This document shows, one piece after another, positions 36,896-49,716 of a stretch of 64,000 nucleotides of DNA. The number at the start of each line of letters is the position of its first letter. Positions within the stretch are counted from its first letter, which is position 1. Origin of the DNA: Vezdaea acicularis (taxonomy: Eukaryota); contig JAPEUI010000003.1 in NCBI GenBank assembly GCA_026025075.1, positions 62,001 through 126,000 of the forward strand, in the 5' to 3' direction. The notes below the pieces were generated by a model. That model was given only the letters and a program-made list of their open reading frames with translations, was not told where the DNA came from and ran no database searches. The position numbers were made by a program, and so were the translations under genes.

Positions 36896-38071
36896 GCGCT
36901 GTGCTTGCTTTCAGAAAGCTACCATTGAGAAGGTCCGTTTTGCCGCGTGATGGTCTGTCAAGCGGAATCAATCCAACCCTAGAATATTCGAGGCAATTTG
37001 TTGACTTAGAAAGGCGCCCCAACCATCCTCTATCCAAGCTCTCCGGAGAGTCCAGTCGCAGGTTATATAGCGCCAGCAGGGGTAGCATAGTGAGACTTGG
37101 TAGTCGAAGTGTTAAGCTCTCCGACAGCGCCGAGCCGCAATGCAGCGCTCCTGGTTTGACCGTTACTAAATACCTCGACAACAGCTGAAATCACATCTGA
37201 CTTGAGCGTGGCGGTCATATCTGGAAGCTTCAAAGCAAGAGAGATTCTGGGAAGCTATAGCTGGTGTACGGCCCGCGTCTGGAAATTATATATAAGCAAA
37301 TGGCGTCCTGAAGATGGAATTATCGAGCCTGCAAGAGGTCTTAGAGTTCCGCCTTGAATCTCGTGTGTATGATCTTGATTTCCTCTCACTCAAACTCAAC
37401 ACCGAGGCTGCTTCTGTTCTGTTGATATCGTGACATTTAAGCGAAAGGAGTCGGCGTTAGGAAAACAAGAACTTCATTCACACTTGGTCCTTGACCGGAG
37501 ATCTCGGGCTAGCCCATGGGCCGACTTCGGACATTCATCCCCGGAGTTGTGCCGAATATCACCGATATAACAGAGCATTCACTACTCAGGGGTCCCGAAA
37601 TCTTGCCGATTTCACATGTCTGCATTCACATAACCAAGGTCTTGCCGTTTCAGAACCTTCATTCATTTCTTGCTTCACTTTAGGGCTTTCGGAGCTGAGC
37701 TTCCTACTTATTCTTCTCCTTTATTCACACCCTCTTACCTTCCTATTCATTATTTTTACATCTTCACTAACTCTAAGATACGCTTAAGCATCTAGAGTTG
37801 TGATTGACGCCCTAAGCTTTACAGGTTTGTGAAATTTCCTGGCCATAGCGAACAAACTATTGATATCCTGAGAGCAAAAGATTAGTAAAGTTGCCTAGCC
37901 ATAGCGAACAAACTTTGAAGTGGTTACTGACCTTCACACTTCTATTAGGGGCACAAATTGTAACGAGTCCCTTCATAGAATTATGACCAACTAACTCACA
38001 AACCCGCAACTAGAGCTTGCAAATACCATTCCTCTAATAGAGTTAACGAGCTCTGGGCATTGATATCAGCA

Positions 38072-40269
38072 ATGTCGGGAAACCCAAATGAGGGAGTTCT
38101 AGCCGGGACTGATGAAGAACTATTCGACACTTTCACCGGCCAAACTCAAGAGAACAATCGCGAATCCATCCATCCCACTCTCGATAACATGAACTTTATG
38201 CCATATGAAGACGTACTAGGTAGCATTGGTGAGGAAGATCTATTTGGGGATATCAACCCTTCTCAAACTTTAGGACAGAATATTTTTCACGGTTTATTGG
38301 AACAGCCATATGGCCCTCAATTTGGAAAATCTCCTCAACATATAGATCCTTCTTTACTGGTCCAAACCAACTACGCTGTGCCGGTAGCAATTCCAGGGGC
38401 CTCACATCTTCACCCTCATGGTGATACTCTGGCTAGGAACCCACAACTTGCTTACTCTGCTCCAGCTGCCCCTTTTAATGACCCTTTTTATGGTGGTAAC
38501 CATGGACTGCTGAACTCTTCGACTCTGGGAAGTAATACTCTTCACGGCACTTTCTCTCCGGCTGGCTCGAGCATGGATCAGCCAGTTTTTAGCCCTGAGA
38601 TGGGTGCTCACGATTTTCCAGCCTTCGGCTTTATACAAGATATGGATTATACCACGACGTCATCGCGACCAACGTTGTTGTTAGAGGAGCCGCCGATCCA
38701 GCGTGTCAACCCACCAAAGGATGGCAGACAAACGGATGATGAGTACATCGAGATTAGCAGGAAATTTGTTCACCTCTACGCCGATTTTGACGCCGTTAAA
38801 CGTAAGCTAAATGAGATCAAGGGTATTCGTTCACAAGATATCCATGATGATACATATCCAACAACTAGTGAAGATCAACGGATGTATGTGAAACGGATAT
38901 TCTTGGCTACTCGAGATGGTCGAACAGCGAAGACTTTCAGGCAAGGAAGACCAGTGAATAAACAGCCGCAAGCCTACAACTTGTGTGTGTTGCTGAAAGG
39001 CAAGGACGAGGATGGTATACAGCTAAAATGTTGGGAATGGCTCGTGAGTTTGTACTTTGCTATTTGGGCATATTATTGGACATTTTTGACTTGGTTTCTA
39101 GAAAGCTCAAATGAAAGCCCACCAACGTGGAGCTCCATTCACAACTTTTGACCAAAATGCGGACAACAGCTTCGAATCACGGATTGAAGCCTTCTGCGAA
39201 GCGCTTCGGGTGAGTCTACGCCGGCCATGCACACCAGAGACAAGCTAACCCATGATAGACTCAAAAGGAGATTGCTAAACGGCTGTTGATCGCCCCTTAC
39301 CTGGTAGAAATTGTCGAGGACCCGGTCAAGCACACAAAGCGAGTTGCTTCAAACCTCGCAGTGAACAACAAGAAACAGGACGCGCTTCTAAAGGGCCGCC
39401 TCGTTCAGGCCAAGGAAAAAGCGACCCATTACGACGCATCAGTGGACGAGGATAACAGTGGTGATGATGAAGATGACGATGAACAGGCAGATCAATATCT
39501 GGAAGGCCACGTTCATGGTCGGTCTACTCGATCAACAACTAGCGGCAACGGTTCTCTTCACGTTCCTCGATCAAGTTCAGGCAGCCTAAAAACTGATATC
39601 TCGGAGCTGGCGCTGGATGACTCTATTATGAGCATACCTCGGGGTAGAAGTTTGAGAACAAGATCCGCGACAATACCGCGCAATCCTGGCACATCATCTC
39701 CTACGATGCCTCTTGGGGTAATAAAGCGCAGGCCAGCGGAACGCCGTCCTTCCAAAACGACCCGACAGCTATCAGCTAGTGATGGGTGCGGTCGTGGCAG
39801 ATCACCTTTCCTTGGTGACTTGCGCCGTCATCGATCAGAAAGATCCAGTCCCTTATCGCGCCAACCGGTTTTGGAAAGTTTGTCAGAGGGTGTTCGGCAG
39901 GATCTGTATCATGTTAATGACACAGAGACCATTCAGTTTAAGAAAGAGGGAATTGTGTACCGGCAAGAGCTATTCACTCACGGGGATATTCGCAACTTTG
40001 AAAACTTTGATGTCTCTGCTAGCAATAACAACACCTACACTGTTGAAGGTTTGGATGGGTTTTCAATTACAAATGGTATTCTTACATCTGCAAACGGCAC
40101 AAAATACTCTTTCTGGTATGAATATCCTCTCCTCGCAAGACTTTTCGATCTAGTTGAGATTGGCTGGATCCCGAACGGCATCAACCAGAAATATGAAGAA
40201 TGGTTGAATATCATTCAGGACATAGACTCTGTTACGAGTACTGTTGGTCCGGCGCTTCGGAGTTCTTAA
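38072..40269 (+). CDS. Uncharacterised fungal protein (about 690 aa; introns approx. 39044-39101 and 39210-39258; 3' end uncertain)
   Basis: Long ORFs are joined by GTGAGT...AG introns. The folded central block reads DDTYPTTSEDQRMYVKRIFLA...KCWEWL...FESRIEAFCEALR...APYLVEIVEDP..KRVASNLAVNNKK, followed by a Ser/Arg-rich linker. Confidence 0.7.
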
Positions 40270-40773
40270 TATCTAGAACAGTTATTGGACTAACGCATAG
40301 GGCGTCAAGGAAAGGACAGAGGTAGGAAGAGCTTTGTGCTCACTCTCCTCATTATCACTATCGACTTGCATTCGCATTAACATCTGCGAATGTCACCTCT
40401 ATTTCTTTATCATTAATATTATTCCTCTTGGTTAGCACCAAGGAACGGATAAGGCCATTAACACCAAACCAAGGCCGAGCGATGGGCGGGACCCCAACGC
40501 ATTCATTATTATTTCCTATTCTCTTTCCTTTTTCTATTTGGCTATTTTGCCTTCTACTTTTTAAACTGGACACCTCCATATTCTTACCCTGGGCTTTTTG
40601 GTACCAAAAATATAAAGGACGACGACTTCTTGGAAACTCCCGGAGTATAATGCCCTTTGGATTTTTGCGCCTCCGCTCGAATCATGTCAGGATATATACA
40701 AGGCATAGATAGCATGGAGAGCAATCCTTAGATTACAGCCTCATTTGCGCGATTGGCATGGATGGCGAATTTG

Positions 40774-41081
40774 AGCATTACGGCACTACGGCATCATGGC
40801 ATTATGGCATTATGGCATCACGGTATTACGGCATCATGGCACTACGGTATTATGGCATTATGGCACAACGGCATTACGGTATTACGGCATTACGGCATCA
40901 CGGTATTATGGCATTATGGCATCACAATATTACGGCATTATGGACTACGGCATTACAGCATCACGGAATTATGGCATCACGGTATTATGGCATTATGGCA
41001 TCACGGTATTACGGCATTATGGCACTACGGCATTACGGCATAACGACATTACGGCATTATGGCATTATGGCATTACGGTAC
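40774..41081. repeat. Tandem 8-bp minisatellite, consensus GGYAYYAY (GGCATTAC/GGCATTAT), about 38 units
   Basis: Units were parsed by eye (ggcattat, ggcatcac, ggtattac, ggcactac...). One unit is 7 bp. A partial 24-bp higher-order period is visible. Confidence 0.95.
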
Positions 41082-41161
41082 TTTGATTAGCTTTATCATA
41101 GGGATACCCATAGCGATGCATTCAAATACATTCATATCATCTTCTCCTATTGAGTCCTCTC

Positions 41162-41950
41162 TTAGTACCCTTTGCGCCTTATATTTGACCGAACAGCTGT
41201 GCTCTGCAAGAACTGCGATGAAAGAGCCTTCTGGCGAGAATACGGCTGGCTCCTACCATCTGCATACTCGAACGGTCTGTCACCTAACTTATGCCCTCGC
41301 CAAACTCTTGACTCCCTATTCCAGGGCTTTGGCTTGGGGCCCAACTTATCCGTGACTTGGTCCCAAAACCCTTGATACAACCTTTTCTTGACTCCAGCTG
41401 CCCCTGCAATAAAACTTTCCAAACAAACGCAATGATTATGACAGTAGCTCTCAATGTCAGACCTTGCCCCTGATTGTCTTGACCAGTCCCGGAGGATATA
41501 CGCCCACGCTTCTGGCCTTTGGACCTCCAGCATGGCGTCAAGGTCCGTATCAATCTTCTCTGTTCCTAATTCACCGTCCCGCTCGATCTTCCCATTCAAG
41601 CAGTCGAGATTAGCTCGCCAGCGCCCGTGGGCATATGTTGGGTTTGATTGCCAAGCATTGACATGCGTTGGGTCCTTAGTTCGGGTGAGGAGCTGGTGCT
41701 CCGTGGCACAGAGATCCACTAGGTCACGGTATTCATGGGGAATGGGATCCGACTGGTACGGATTGGCTGGATCTGGGGCATAATTTGCCAAGGTGAGCAA
41801 GTCAGGACTGGGCAGATCGCCGAAGCAGAGGATGTTGCGACTGAAGTCATCGTCAAGGGAAAACGGTTGCCAATCGCCGAAGGCAGAGATGGCGGCGTGA
41901 GCCCACCCGGTAGAGATCAAGAAAAGCCATGGGAAAGAGATTCTCGTCAT
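41162..41950 (-). CDS. Putative secreted cysteine-containing protein, 262 aa
   Basis: The N-terminus MTRISFPWLFLISTGWAHA looks like a signal peptide. There are six Cys, including YCHNHCVC, in a single ORF. Confidence 0.7.
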   Translation of the reverse strand: MTRISFPWLFLISTGWAHAAISAFGDWQPFSLDDDFSRNILCFGDLPSPDLLTLANYAPDPANPYQSDPIPHEYRDLVDLCATEHQLLTRTKDPTHVNAWQSNPTYAHGRWRANLDCLNGKIERDGELGTEKIDTDLDAMLEVQRPEAWAYILRDWSRQSGARSDIESYCHNHCVCLESFIAGAAGVKKRLYQGFWDQVTDKLGPKPKPWNRESRVWRGHKLGDRPFEYADGRSQPYSRQKALSSQFLQSTAVRSNIRRKGY

Positions 41951-42374
41951 ATCCTACAGCAATGGTTTGAGGAACTTTGGTAGGAAAACATGACAGATCT
42001 CATCCGTGCTAGCACAGACATCCATGGATGGAATTACACTCGAACGGGGGTGGAAATGCCTCATCCTGGAGATAAGGATACATGCACCTTGACTGACCTA
42101 TTTCTGCCAAGCAGAAATAGGTCGCTATCCGAGAGATCTATGCTTTAATTGCAGCACCGTAGATAAGAAAAATTAATTGAAGGCGTGCTGTGTGGTTGGA
42201 AATAAGAAACGGGATGCATTTGGCTAAAGGGCGGTACTAATTCCGCAAAGTCATCAGAAATCTTTCTCGGCCTTCATGACCTGAATCGATAACATCAACC
42301 GACCACGGACCAACTCCAAGACTCCCCTCCAGAACGTTAACTCCCCCTATGTTTCTTCCCGTCTAATTCCTAAA

Positions 42375-43631
42375 ATGTCCTCGAAGCCTTCCCCATCTGC
42401 TTCTACCACAGACCCTCCTCCACCATCCCGATTCACTTCACAAACTGCTACTGCCGAAGACCTTCTAAAGGAACAGACCGTTGGCTTAGTACACCTCTCT
42501 GACTTCCGTAAGCGGCGCGCCGACGCTCTAGAACAGAAGGAGCGTGAAGCGCAAGAAGCTTCCCGTGGATATTTCAAGAAGACGACCAAGGGCAATGGGT
42601 GGGAGACACCTGGCAGCAGTGACGGGTGAGTGAAGTCTGGAATGTCTACGAAACTGAATAGAGCTAATGGCAGAAGCACAGTGCATCGACGCCTCAAGAA
42701 CGAAGTGATGCCGACAAGGAGCGGCCAAAGAAAAAGCGGAAGAAGGTCTTAGCAGGGAAGCTCTCGTTTGGCACAGACCAGCTCGAAGACGAGGAAAGTG
42801 ACACCACAGCGCCTACGTCAACAGCGGCGAATTCGAAGAAGGCTTCGCCGGCTCCGTCGCGAACATCTACGCCTGAGGCTAGAACTAAAAGATTGGGTCC
42901 ATCTCCTTCCCTTCCTACATTTGCGCCGAAAGCTCTTACGAAGCGCGCTTTACTGGCGGAGGCTGCAACGAGGGAGAGTTTACGCCAGGAGTATTTGGCC
43001 TTGCAAGAAGCGGTCAAAGCGACGCCGATAGCAATCCCGTTTGTGTTCTACGATGGGACGAGCATACCCGGTGGAGTCTGTACGGTGAATAAGGGGGCAC
43101 AAGTATGGCTGTTCTTAGACCGGTGTAGGAAGGTAGGCGCAGAATTAGGGGTAGGGAAGGAAGGGGGAGGGAGAGGATGGGCGAGAGTTGGGGTGGATGA
43201 CTTGATGCTGGTCAGAGGCGACATAATTGTGCCACACGTAAGTTGAATGGTGCATCTCGTTACCTACAAAGTACCTAGCTGACCAGGCGTAACCGTAGCA
43301 TTACGAATTCTACTACTTCATCGTCAACAAGAATAAAGGCCCAACCGGCCAGCTCCTGTTTGATTACTCTTCAAAACCGACTCAGAACACGCCTGTCGAA
43401 CCCGCTCCTTTGATCCGAGGACCCAAGAAGAACGGCACCTTGACACCCCAGGCCGTTGACAGCATGGAGGGAGCTGGAGATGACCCGAATATTACGAAGG
43501 TGGTAGATCGTAGGTGGTACGAGAAGAATAAGCATATCTTCCCTGCCAGTACGTGGGAAGACTTCGATCCAGAAAAGGACTATGCGAACGCGACAAGGAG
43601 GGACACTGGGGGAAATGCATTCTTCTTCTAG
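42375..43631 (+). CDS. XAP5: XAP5/FAM50 family nuclear protein; 3 exons
   Basis: Motifs EDLLKEQTVGLVHLSDFRKRR, IPFVFYDG, VDDLMLVRGDIIVPHHYEFYYFI and KVVDRRWYEKNKHIFPASTWEDFDP are present. Confidence 0.92.
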
Positions 43632-44619
43632 TGGGAGGGATTGACTAGACCGCAGATCTAAATTCTTGTATTAGTTTATGTCAACAAGATTAGATATCAT
43701 ACATGTAATACTAGAATCATACAATGCTTCACTTCACTGACCACGTGAAGCCATAGGCCTCCTATAGCCAACCTGCCCGGCCAGAGAAGTAGTAGCAGCA
43801 CATACAGGAGAGAGCATAAGTAAGCACTATTCTTGAGCTGGGGAATCTGAATTGGCTGCTTTATGCCTGGAAAGGGCTACTCCAGCTATTTCAATAAACA
43901 ATACTTGATTCTGTAGCCTTCAATTCAGCCTTTTGCTGCCCAGACTCGGCACTTCTCTAGAATTCTACCGTTTGGTTTTTTGGGGGTATTCGTCCTCCAT
44001 GCAATCTCAGTTTCCTTTGCGTGCTAGACTCTCGCCAATTTAGTCCTGTTTAATCGCCTTGCTCCAGAAATTTCAACCCGCTGAGATCATTATCGAAGTT
44101 GCGGGTGCGATCTGAGCTGCCAGAAGACAGATACAGTTAAGAGGATGGTAATGAGGAGGAGGAAAACAGCAGTAATAGGGAGCGCGAAGAAAGGATATCC
44201 CAGATAGAGCCGGATAGTACCATTCAACAACCTCCCCTTTAGGGCTTCGACACCAAGAACTTATTCCAAGCTGACAAGAACCGCAAAAAGCCGAGATTCA
44301 CGGAGATTAACTAGACGCTTCGGCTCCTTACAGCGAGTCGGTTCTATACGGCCACCTTTTTGGGTACATTTGGGCAGGCGCGACATTGAATGGATTGATG
44401 AAGCTTTGGCAAGTGTACCAGAAACCAGCAGATGACTAATCTGCCTTGAATCTTCGGGTAGAGAAGGCGGCAAGAAGGCGTTTCTACTACAGGTAGACCG
44501 CAGATGACGGGATTATATGGATTCGAACTTGTCCCTGTGCCCATTTGATTGAATTGAAGGACGTTGTAATTCGAGTGGTTAACCTTGCCTAGCTTGAGCG
44601 CGCAATTGGTGGGTACTAT

Positions 44620-45619
44620 TCATTTCTTTGCGCCTTGGTTAAACTCCATACTGTATCCACCTGTCTTCTCGTCTTTGACCATGTTGAAGTTATTTGTTGA
44701 GAGTCCAAATGGCTTCAAGATCCCGTTTCCAAGCTGGTCGACAGTCAGCAATTAATTGCAGTAGGAAAAGTCTGAGCGCAGTAGGTCAGACCTCTTTGAG
44801 CTTGCCCATCATCTCCCCCATCTCCTTTTGCTTTGCCTCTTCTATCCGTGGAGGAAGAGATGCAAGCTGCCTTTTCACGATCTTGTCATCTCCGGTAGGC
44901 AGAGATTTCATAGATGATAGTGACTTATAATCTATGGACGTTAGGCTTTTGGGCGTATTGAAAGGGGCGGTGGTCCGAGTTTTACCTTCTTCTGCTGCTT
45001 GAAGTGCGGCCCAACCTCCGGTCTCACTCCGAGCTTTTGCTCTCCGCATCAAGGCCTTCATCCTTATACGCTGGACATCCTCGGGCTTGTGTTTCGAGCC
45101 ATGCGATGGAGGAGATAAGGCTTCAACGGGTGTTGATAAGCCATCGGTCACCACGGCAGCGTCTGCTCCTGTAACCTCGGAAATTCTCTCGCTCTGCTTA
45201 GTGCTGTCTTCCGGCTTTGGTTCTAGGCGATCGAGGCACTCAATAGAACTCGTAGCTGCGGTAATAGCTGCTTTCCAATCTTCGAGCTTCAGATGGCAAG
45301 CAGCAACATTACTTCGAAGGACAGCAATATCGTAATCCAAGTAGTTGGGGCAGACCGCGAGAGCTTCTTCATACTTCTTAATGGCCCCGAAATAATCTGT
45401 ACTTGCAAAAAGCTTATTTGCTTCACTTTTGTGCTCATTGGACTCGCCCAAGAATTCCTACATGTGATATAAGTGCTTCGTCTCAATAACGTTCATTGGG
45501 TAACTTACAGCTTCCCGTTCAGGACTAAATCTCAGACCCGTACTATCCTCCCCATTACCTCCTTTGAGCGCCTCTTCATCTGCACTGCTTATAACTATTG
45601 CTTCTGGACCCGAAGCCAT
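44620..45619 (-). CDS. TPR protein, TTC1-like co-chaperone; 4 exons
   Basis: It starts MASGPEAIV...RFSPEREA|EFLGESNEHKSEANKLF and has TPR helices (AVLRSNVAACHLKLEDWKAA, KALMRRAKA). The C-terminus [39 protein letters not shown] is the TTC1 signature. Confidence 0.87.
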
Positions 45620-46149
45620 CTAAAGGATCAATGCGGGTTGCAAGTGGCGGAAGGTCAACTGCTGGTTGAGACAATGGTATCCCATGAACCAAGGTGATAG
45701 ATTGCTGTCCGCGCGTAGAAGAAAATGTAGGTTTCAAGACGAACCACAGTCTCGGCACGTTTTTTCTAAACGCTGAGCAGTTTTCCGTCTTAACAAGCCC
45801 TTAATAGTTGCATTGAGACCGTTCAAACACTTATTTTAAACTACTTGGCATTGTGCACAGTCCTGAAGCCAAAATACCCTGATAACAATAATAAAATAAT
45901 GGTTTATTCACCGAACTGCGCTATGGGAAACTCTGTAGATCTTAAAATGATCTTAAAGTAAGTAGGATCTTTACGACAAATCAATGAAATATGATGCTAT
46001 AGCTTGACGGTTCTATTGCGTAAATTACCCGAGCTGCACCCCCCCCCCCCCTTCGGAAATATTCCGCGCCGTACAGATAGTTGAGCCTCGGCGGATTTCA
46101 AGTTAATTTGACACTCAACATATACAAGACCTCTACTTCTATTATCGTG

Positions 46150-47151
46150 ATGGCGCCTAAGACGGAGTGTGTTCTTCCCTCTTTAGAAAAAGATCATGCA
46201 ATGGCTAATTATCGTGCATTAGCTTTCCGCCTATACGAGCTTGCCTTTTCGACAATGACGGTCTCCTCATGGATTCCGAAGATATCTATTCGCTTGCTAC
46301 TAATATAATCCTTGACGAATTTGGAAAGCCAGAGCTGCCATGGAGTATAAAGGCCCAATTACAAGGTCGTCCAGGCCCGGAAGTGGGAACACCTTCAAGC
46401 TTCGTGCTACTGGGTCTCTAACATCTATTAGGCCTGGTCAGCGTTTCAAGGATGGGCTCAGCTACCGATTGGTGCCGAAGAATTCGACAAGAAGAATGTA
46501 GCTCTACAAATGAAGTTGTTCACCAGAACCAAGCTCCTCCCAGGAGTTATGGATCTTCTCACGACATTAACGAAGAAAACAACGCCCACAGTTCACATCG
46601 CATTGGCCACATCCTCGAGAACTGTTACTTTTAATATTAAGACAAATCACCTTCAGGAGGCCTTCTCCATGTTCCCAAAAGATCGGAGAGTTTTAGGAGA
46701 TGACCCACGGATCCCCAAAGGAAAGGGTAAACCTGCTCCAGATATTTATCTTATTGCACTGCAAACAATCAATGACGGTTTAGCAAGCGAGGGCAAAGAA
46801 CCTCCTATTAAGCCAGAAGAATGTCTGGTCTTTGAAGATTCCGTGCCGGGGATAGAGTCTGGTAGAAGGGCTGGCATGAGAGTAGTATGGGTTCCGCATC
46901 CTGGTCTATACAGCGTATATCAAGACCGGGAGAAAGAAGTATTAGCTGGCTATGGTGTCGACTACTCCCCTGAAGAGGGCAAAGAAGCCGTAGAGGCGGC
47001 CCAGGATGATATTGCCGGGAAGGAAAAGCGCACTGGGGTAAAAGTGAAAGGGGCGCCTGGATCTGTTGATGATGGGTGGGGGCAATACCTTCCAAATCTT
47101 GTCGATTTCCCATATGAACTCTATGGTATCAGAGTCAATGAGAGGCTTTGA
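46150..47151 (+). CDS. HAD-superfamily hydrolase, HDHD1/pseudouridine-5'-phosphatase-like; 3 exons
   Basis: The spliced N-terminus MAPKTDFPPIRACLFDNDGLLMDSEDIY carries DxD motif I. ALATSS, GKPAPDIY and ECLVFEDSVPGIESGRRAGM follow. Confidence 0.9.
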
Positions 47152-48143
47152 ATAGCGTAGAGAGCGAGGTTGGAGCAATTAGACGGATTAGGTAGAAGAC
47201 GGATCAAGTAGATTATAAAAACAAGAAGAATGATAATAGATCTAGATTAAAACCCTGAGTATCACGTTGTGTAAAAGCAAGGTTCACCTGTAGGTTGGTT
47301 GCCCATTGATGCTAATGCCAGTTTCCCGCTGGCTAACAGAGTATATAAAAGTTAGCTACGTGGTTTATTGACAGGTGGAGCCTTATGGAAATTGTTGTTT
47401 CTGAAACGCGGAAGTCCAAATGTAACGTTAACTGTTAGACTTGAGTTCCGCTCCTCACGCTCTTCTCCACCAAGCCTTTGTCTCCAGGGCCTGGAGTACC
47501 AGGACTTCCAGAGCCTTCTCTAGTTCCATGTCTCTTCAGCTTCAATATGAGCTACGCATTCCCCCTCTTCCTCGTCGTTCTGAGCTGCATGTTTTCTCCG
47601 GTGAAGACATAGATCCTATGCAATGCACAAGAGGATGAAGGCAATACAACAAGACTGTAAGCCCCGAGAGCTACGAAATGTGAACTTGTAGGACGCCAGC
47701 ATTATAAGGATGCTTCGAACCAAATGTTCCAGGAAATTCAAAAGAGGTGTAAGCTTTCATGAGCGGGATATGAAGGACCAGACCACGACTCCATCGTCTC
47801 CTTGAACATGAACGAGAGACTAGGAAAAGGTACTAGTCATTAGAAAAGGCACCAACAGCTTCACTTAACCCCACTTGAAGGAGTGCTATCTTAAAATTCC
47901 TCGATCATAATCAAACTACAGCCACTCATACTCAATGAAATTGCTGGTTTTGCAGGCTTACTGCGGTTGCGATAGGCTTGCCAACTGCCGATTGCCGATT
48001 GCGGGTTTAGACTTGGGCTCTCGACCTTAGCGGGAGATTTCTAGGCCTCACACAGGCGGGATAAGATTCCCGCACCAGCTCCAGAGGTTCACCGCCGTAT
48101 AGAGGTTTATCATTTGGCGCCGATAAGACAGAGGTGATCAGCA

Positions 48144-49716
48144 ATGGATCTTCCTCTCCGATGCAACTCCATGAGTTGTCGGAAACAATTGACTGACCAA
48201 GCAGTCGTGACAACCTGCAGGTACGGCTCCCAGATCACAGACTAGCCATGCGGACCGACCATTCTGTGCTCAGGACAAACCGCTTAACACATATAAATAG
48301 CCACATCTTCTGTGTTCCGTGCTCCGGCTCTTTGAACGGCAATGCTCAGCATGCGAATCATCGAGTCTGTCCTGCTTGTCAAGCAGAGCTCAAGAACCCA
48401 GATGATGCTACCCTAACTATGCTAAACCCAACCGAGGACTACAAGACAAGCGTATTGAGCGGGTTAAACCCCAGTATCATCGTTGAATGTGCCGGCAGGG
48501 CATTGAGCTTCTGGGCCTATCAGACGACTCAAGAACTGTCAGTTTGCGTGCCTTCGCTTCAATGTGAACTAGCAGTACCAATGTAATTGCAGAGCCATTC
48601 AAGAGCACAGGGAGAGGTCTTTGACCGATAGGTACAATACTCTGGATACTGAGATGAACAACATCATCCATGAGGCAAACACAACAATCACCAGCTTGCA
48701 GAAGCAACTGACAAGTGGGGCTCTGTGCTAAGTTATTTCACATATGCCTTGACTAATACTACAAGCAGCTCTGCAATTGGACCAAGAAAGTATTAAGAAA
48801 AAGCACCATGACCTGCTAGAAGCTTTTCGAGAGAAGAGTAGAAAGCATAATCAGACTCAAGAGCTGTATGATAAGTTGAAAAGGCGAACGCTTCTATCTC
48901 ATGTTAAAAGTGCTGCTTCCAATAGTGTCGACCAAGCACTCCATGATGCTTCAGCCCGAAGTAATCGTCACGCTGATCTGGGAGGAGATTCAGGGCCAAG
49001 TTATGGCTCAAGTGGTATACCATTGCCACAACGACAACGACCAATACTATTCCCTACAGATGATTTTTCAAAGCGGCATGAACGTAATTTGAGTGGGAAT
49101 GGTGGGGGAGCAAATGCCAGTATAGCACCTCCGGGTCGTAACTTTGGCTTTAATATTGGTAGTGCTTCGAACGATCCTGGCGGCCAGCGCTCTCGTGGGC
49201 AATGTAAATTCTTGGTTTGAGGCATTGTCACTGATGGCTGCATAGCGCAAACTTTAGGGCAGACCCCCTCTTCACACCGTCAGCGATTGCCGGTGCTTTC
49301 AACGAGAAACGGTCAGTTGGATCTAGAGAGGTCTGGCCTTCGTGATGAGGGATATATAAACCGACGAATGACTGCACAGTCACCCAAGCTTAGGCAACCG
49401 CTTTCTGGGCTCAACGGGAACCATCTAAATGGGTTTGGTAGCCCTGGGGTGCATGGCTACGGCCTGAGTGGGAGGGCAAAGGTCGGATCACACGATGGCA
49501 CAAGCATGGGCAATGTGGATTCAGGGCATGCTAGACTCCGAAGTCTGCACCTCTATTTAGCTTTCTTATCTACCTTCACTAACAATTTCTACAGCTGTTC
49601 GCCGGACTGGACTCTCAGGCGCTACTGGAACAAGCTCAGGTCCTTTGAATTCCCGTACTAATGGACTCGGTGCCGACGGAGGCCATGCTTATCCAAGCGT
49701 GGAGACATACTTCTAG
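48144..49716 (+). CDS. HEI10: HEI10/CCNB1IP1 RING E3 ligase (meiotic crossover factor); about 6 exons
   Basis: The spliced RING reads MDLPLRCNSMSCRKQLTDQAVVTTCSHIFCVPC...CPACQ, then LNPTEDYKTSVLSGLNPSIIVECAGRALSFWAYQ, a coiled coil and a disordered tail. Confidence 0.9.

Noticed and set aside
40753..41090. Three overlapping ORFs of (ALWHYGIT)n-type peptides, or a possible CRISPR-like array
   Set aside because: These are a by-product of the stop-free 8-bp repeat. There are no unique spacers and no cas genes, and the DNA is eukaryotic.
44090..44550. Acidic protein-like frame interrupted by TAA/TAG (possible RIP pseudogene)
   Set aside because: About 4 stops per 100 codons is what random sequence gives, and no family is recognisable.
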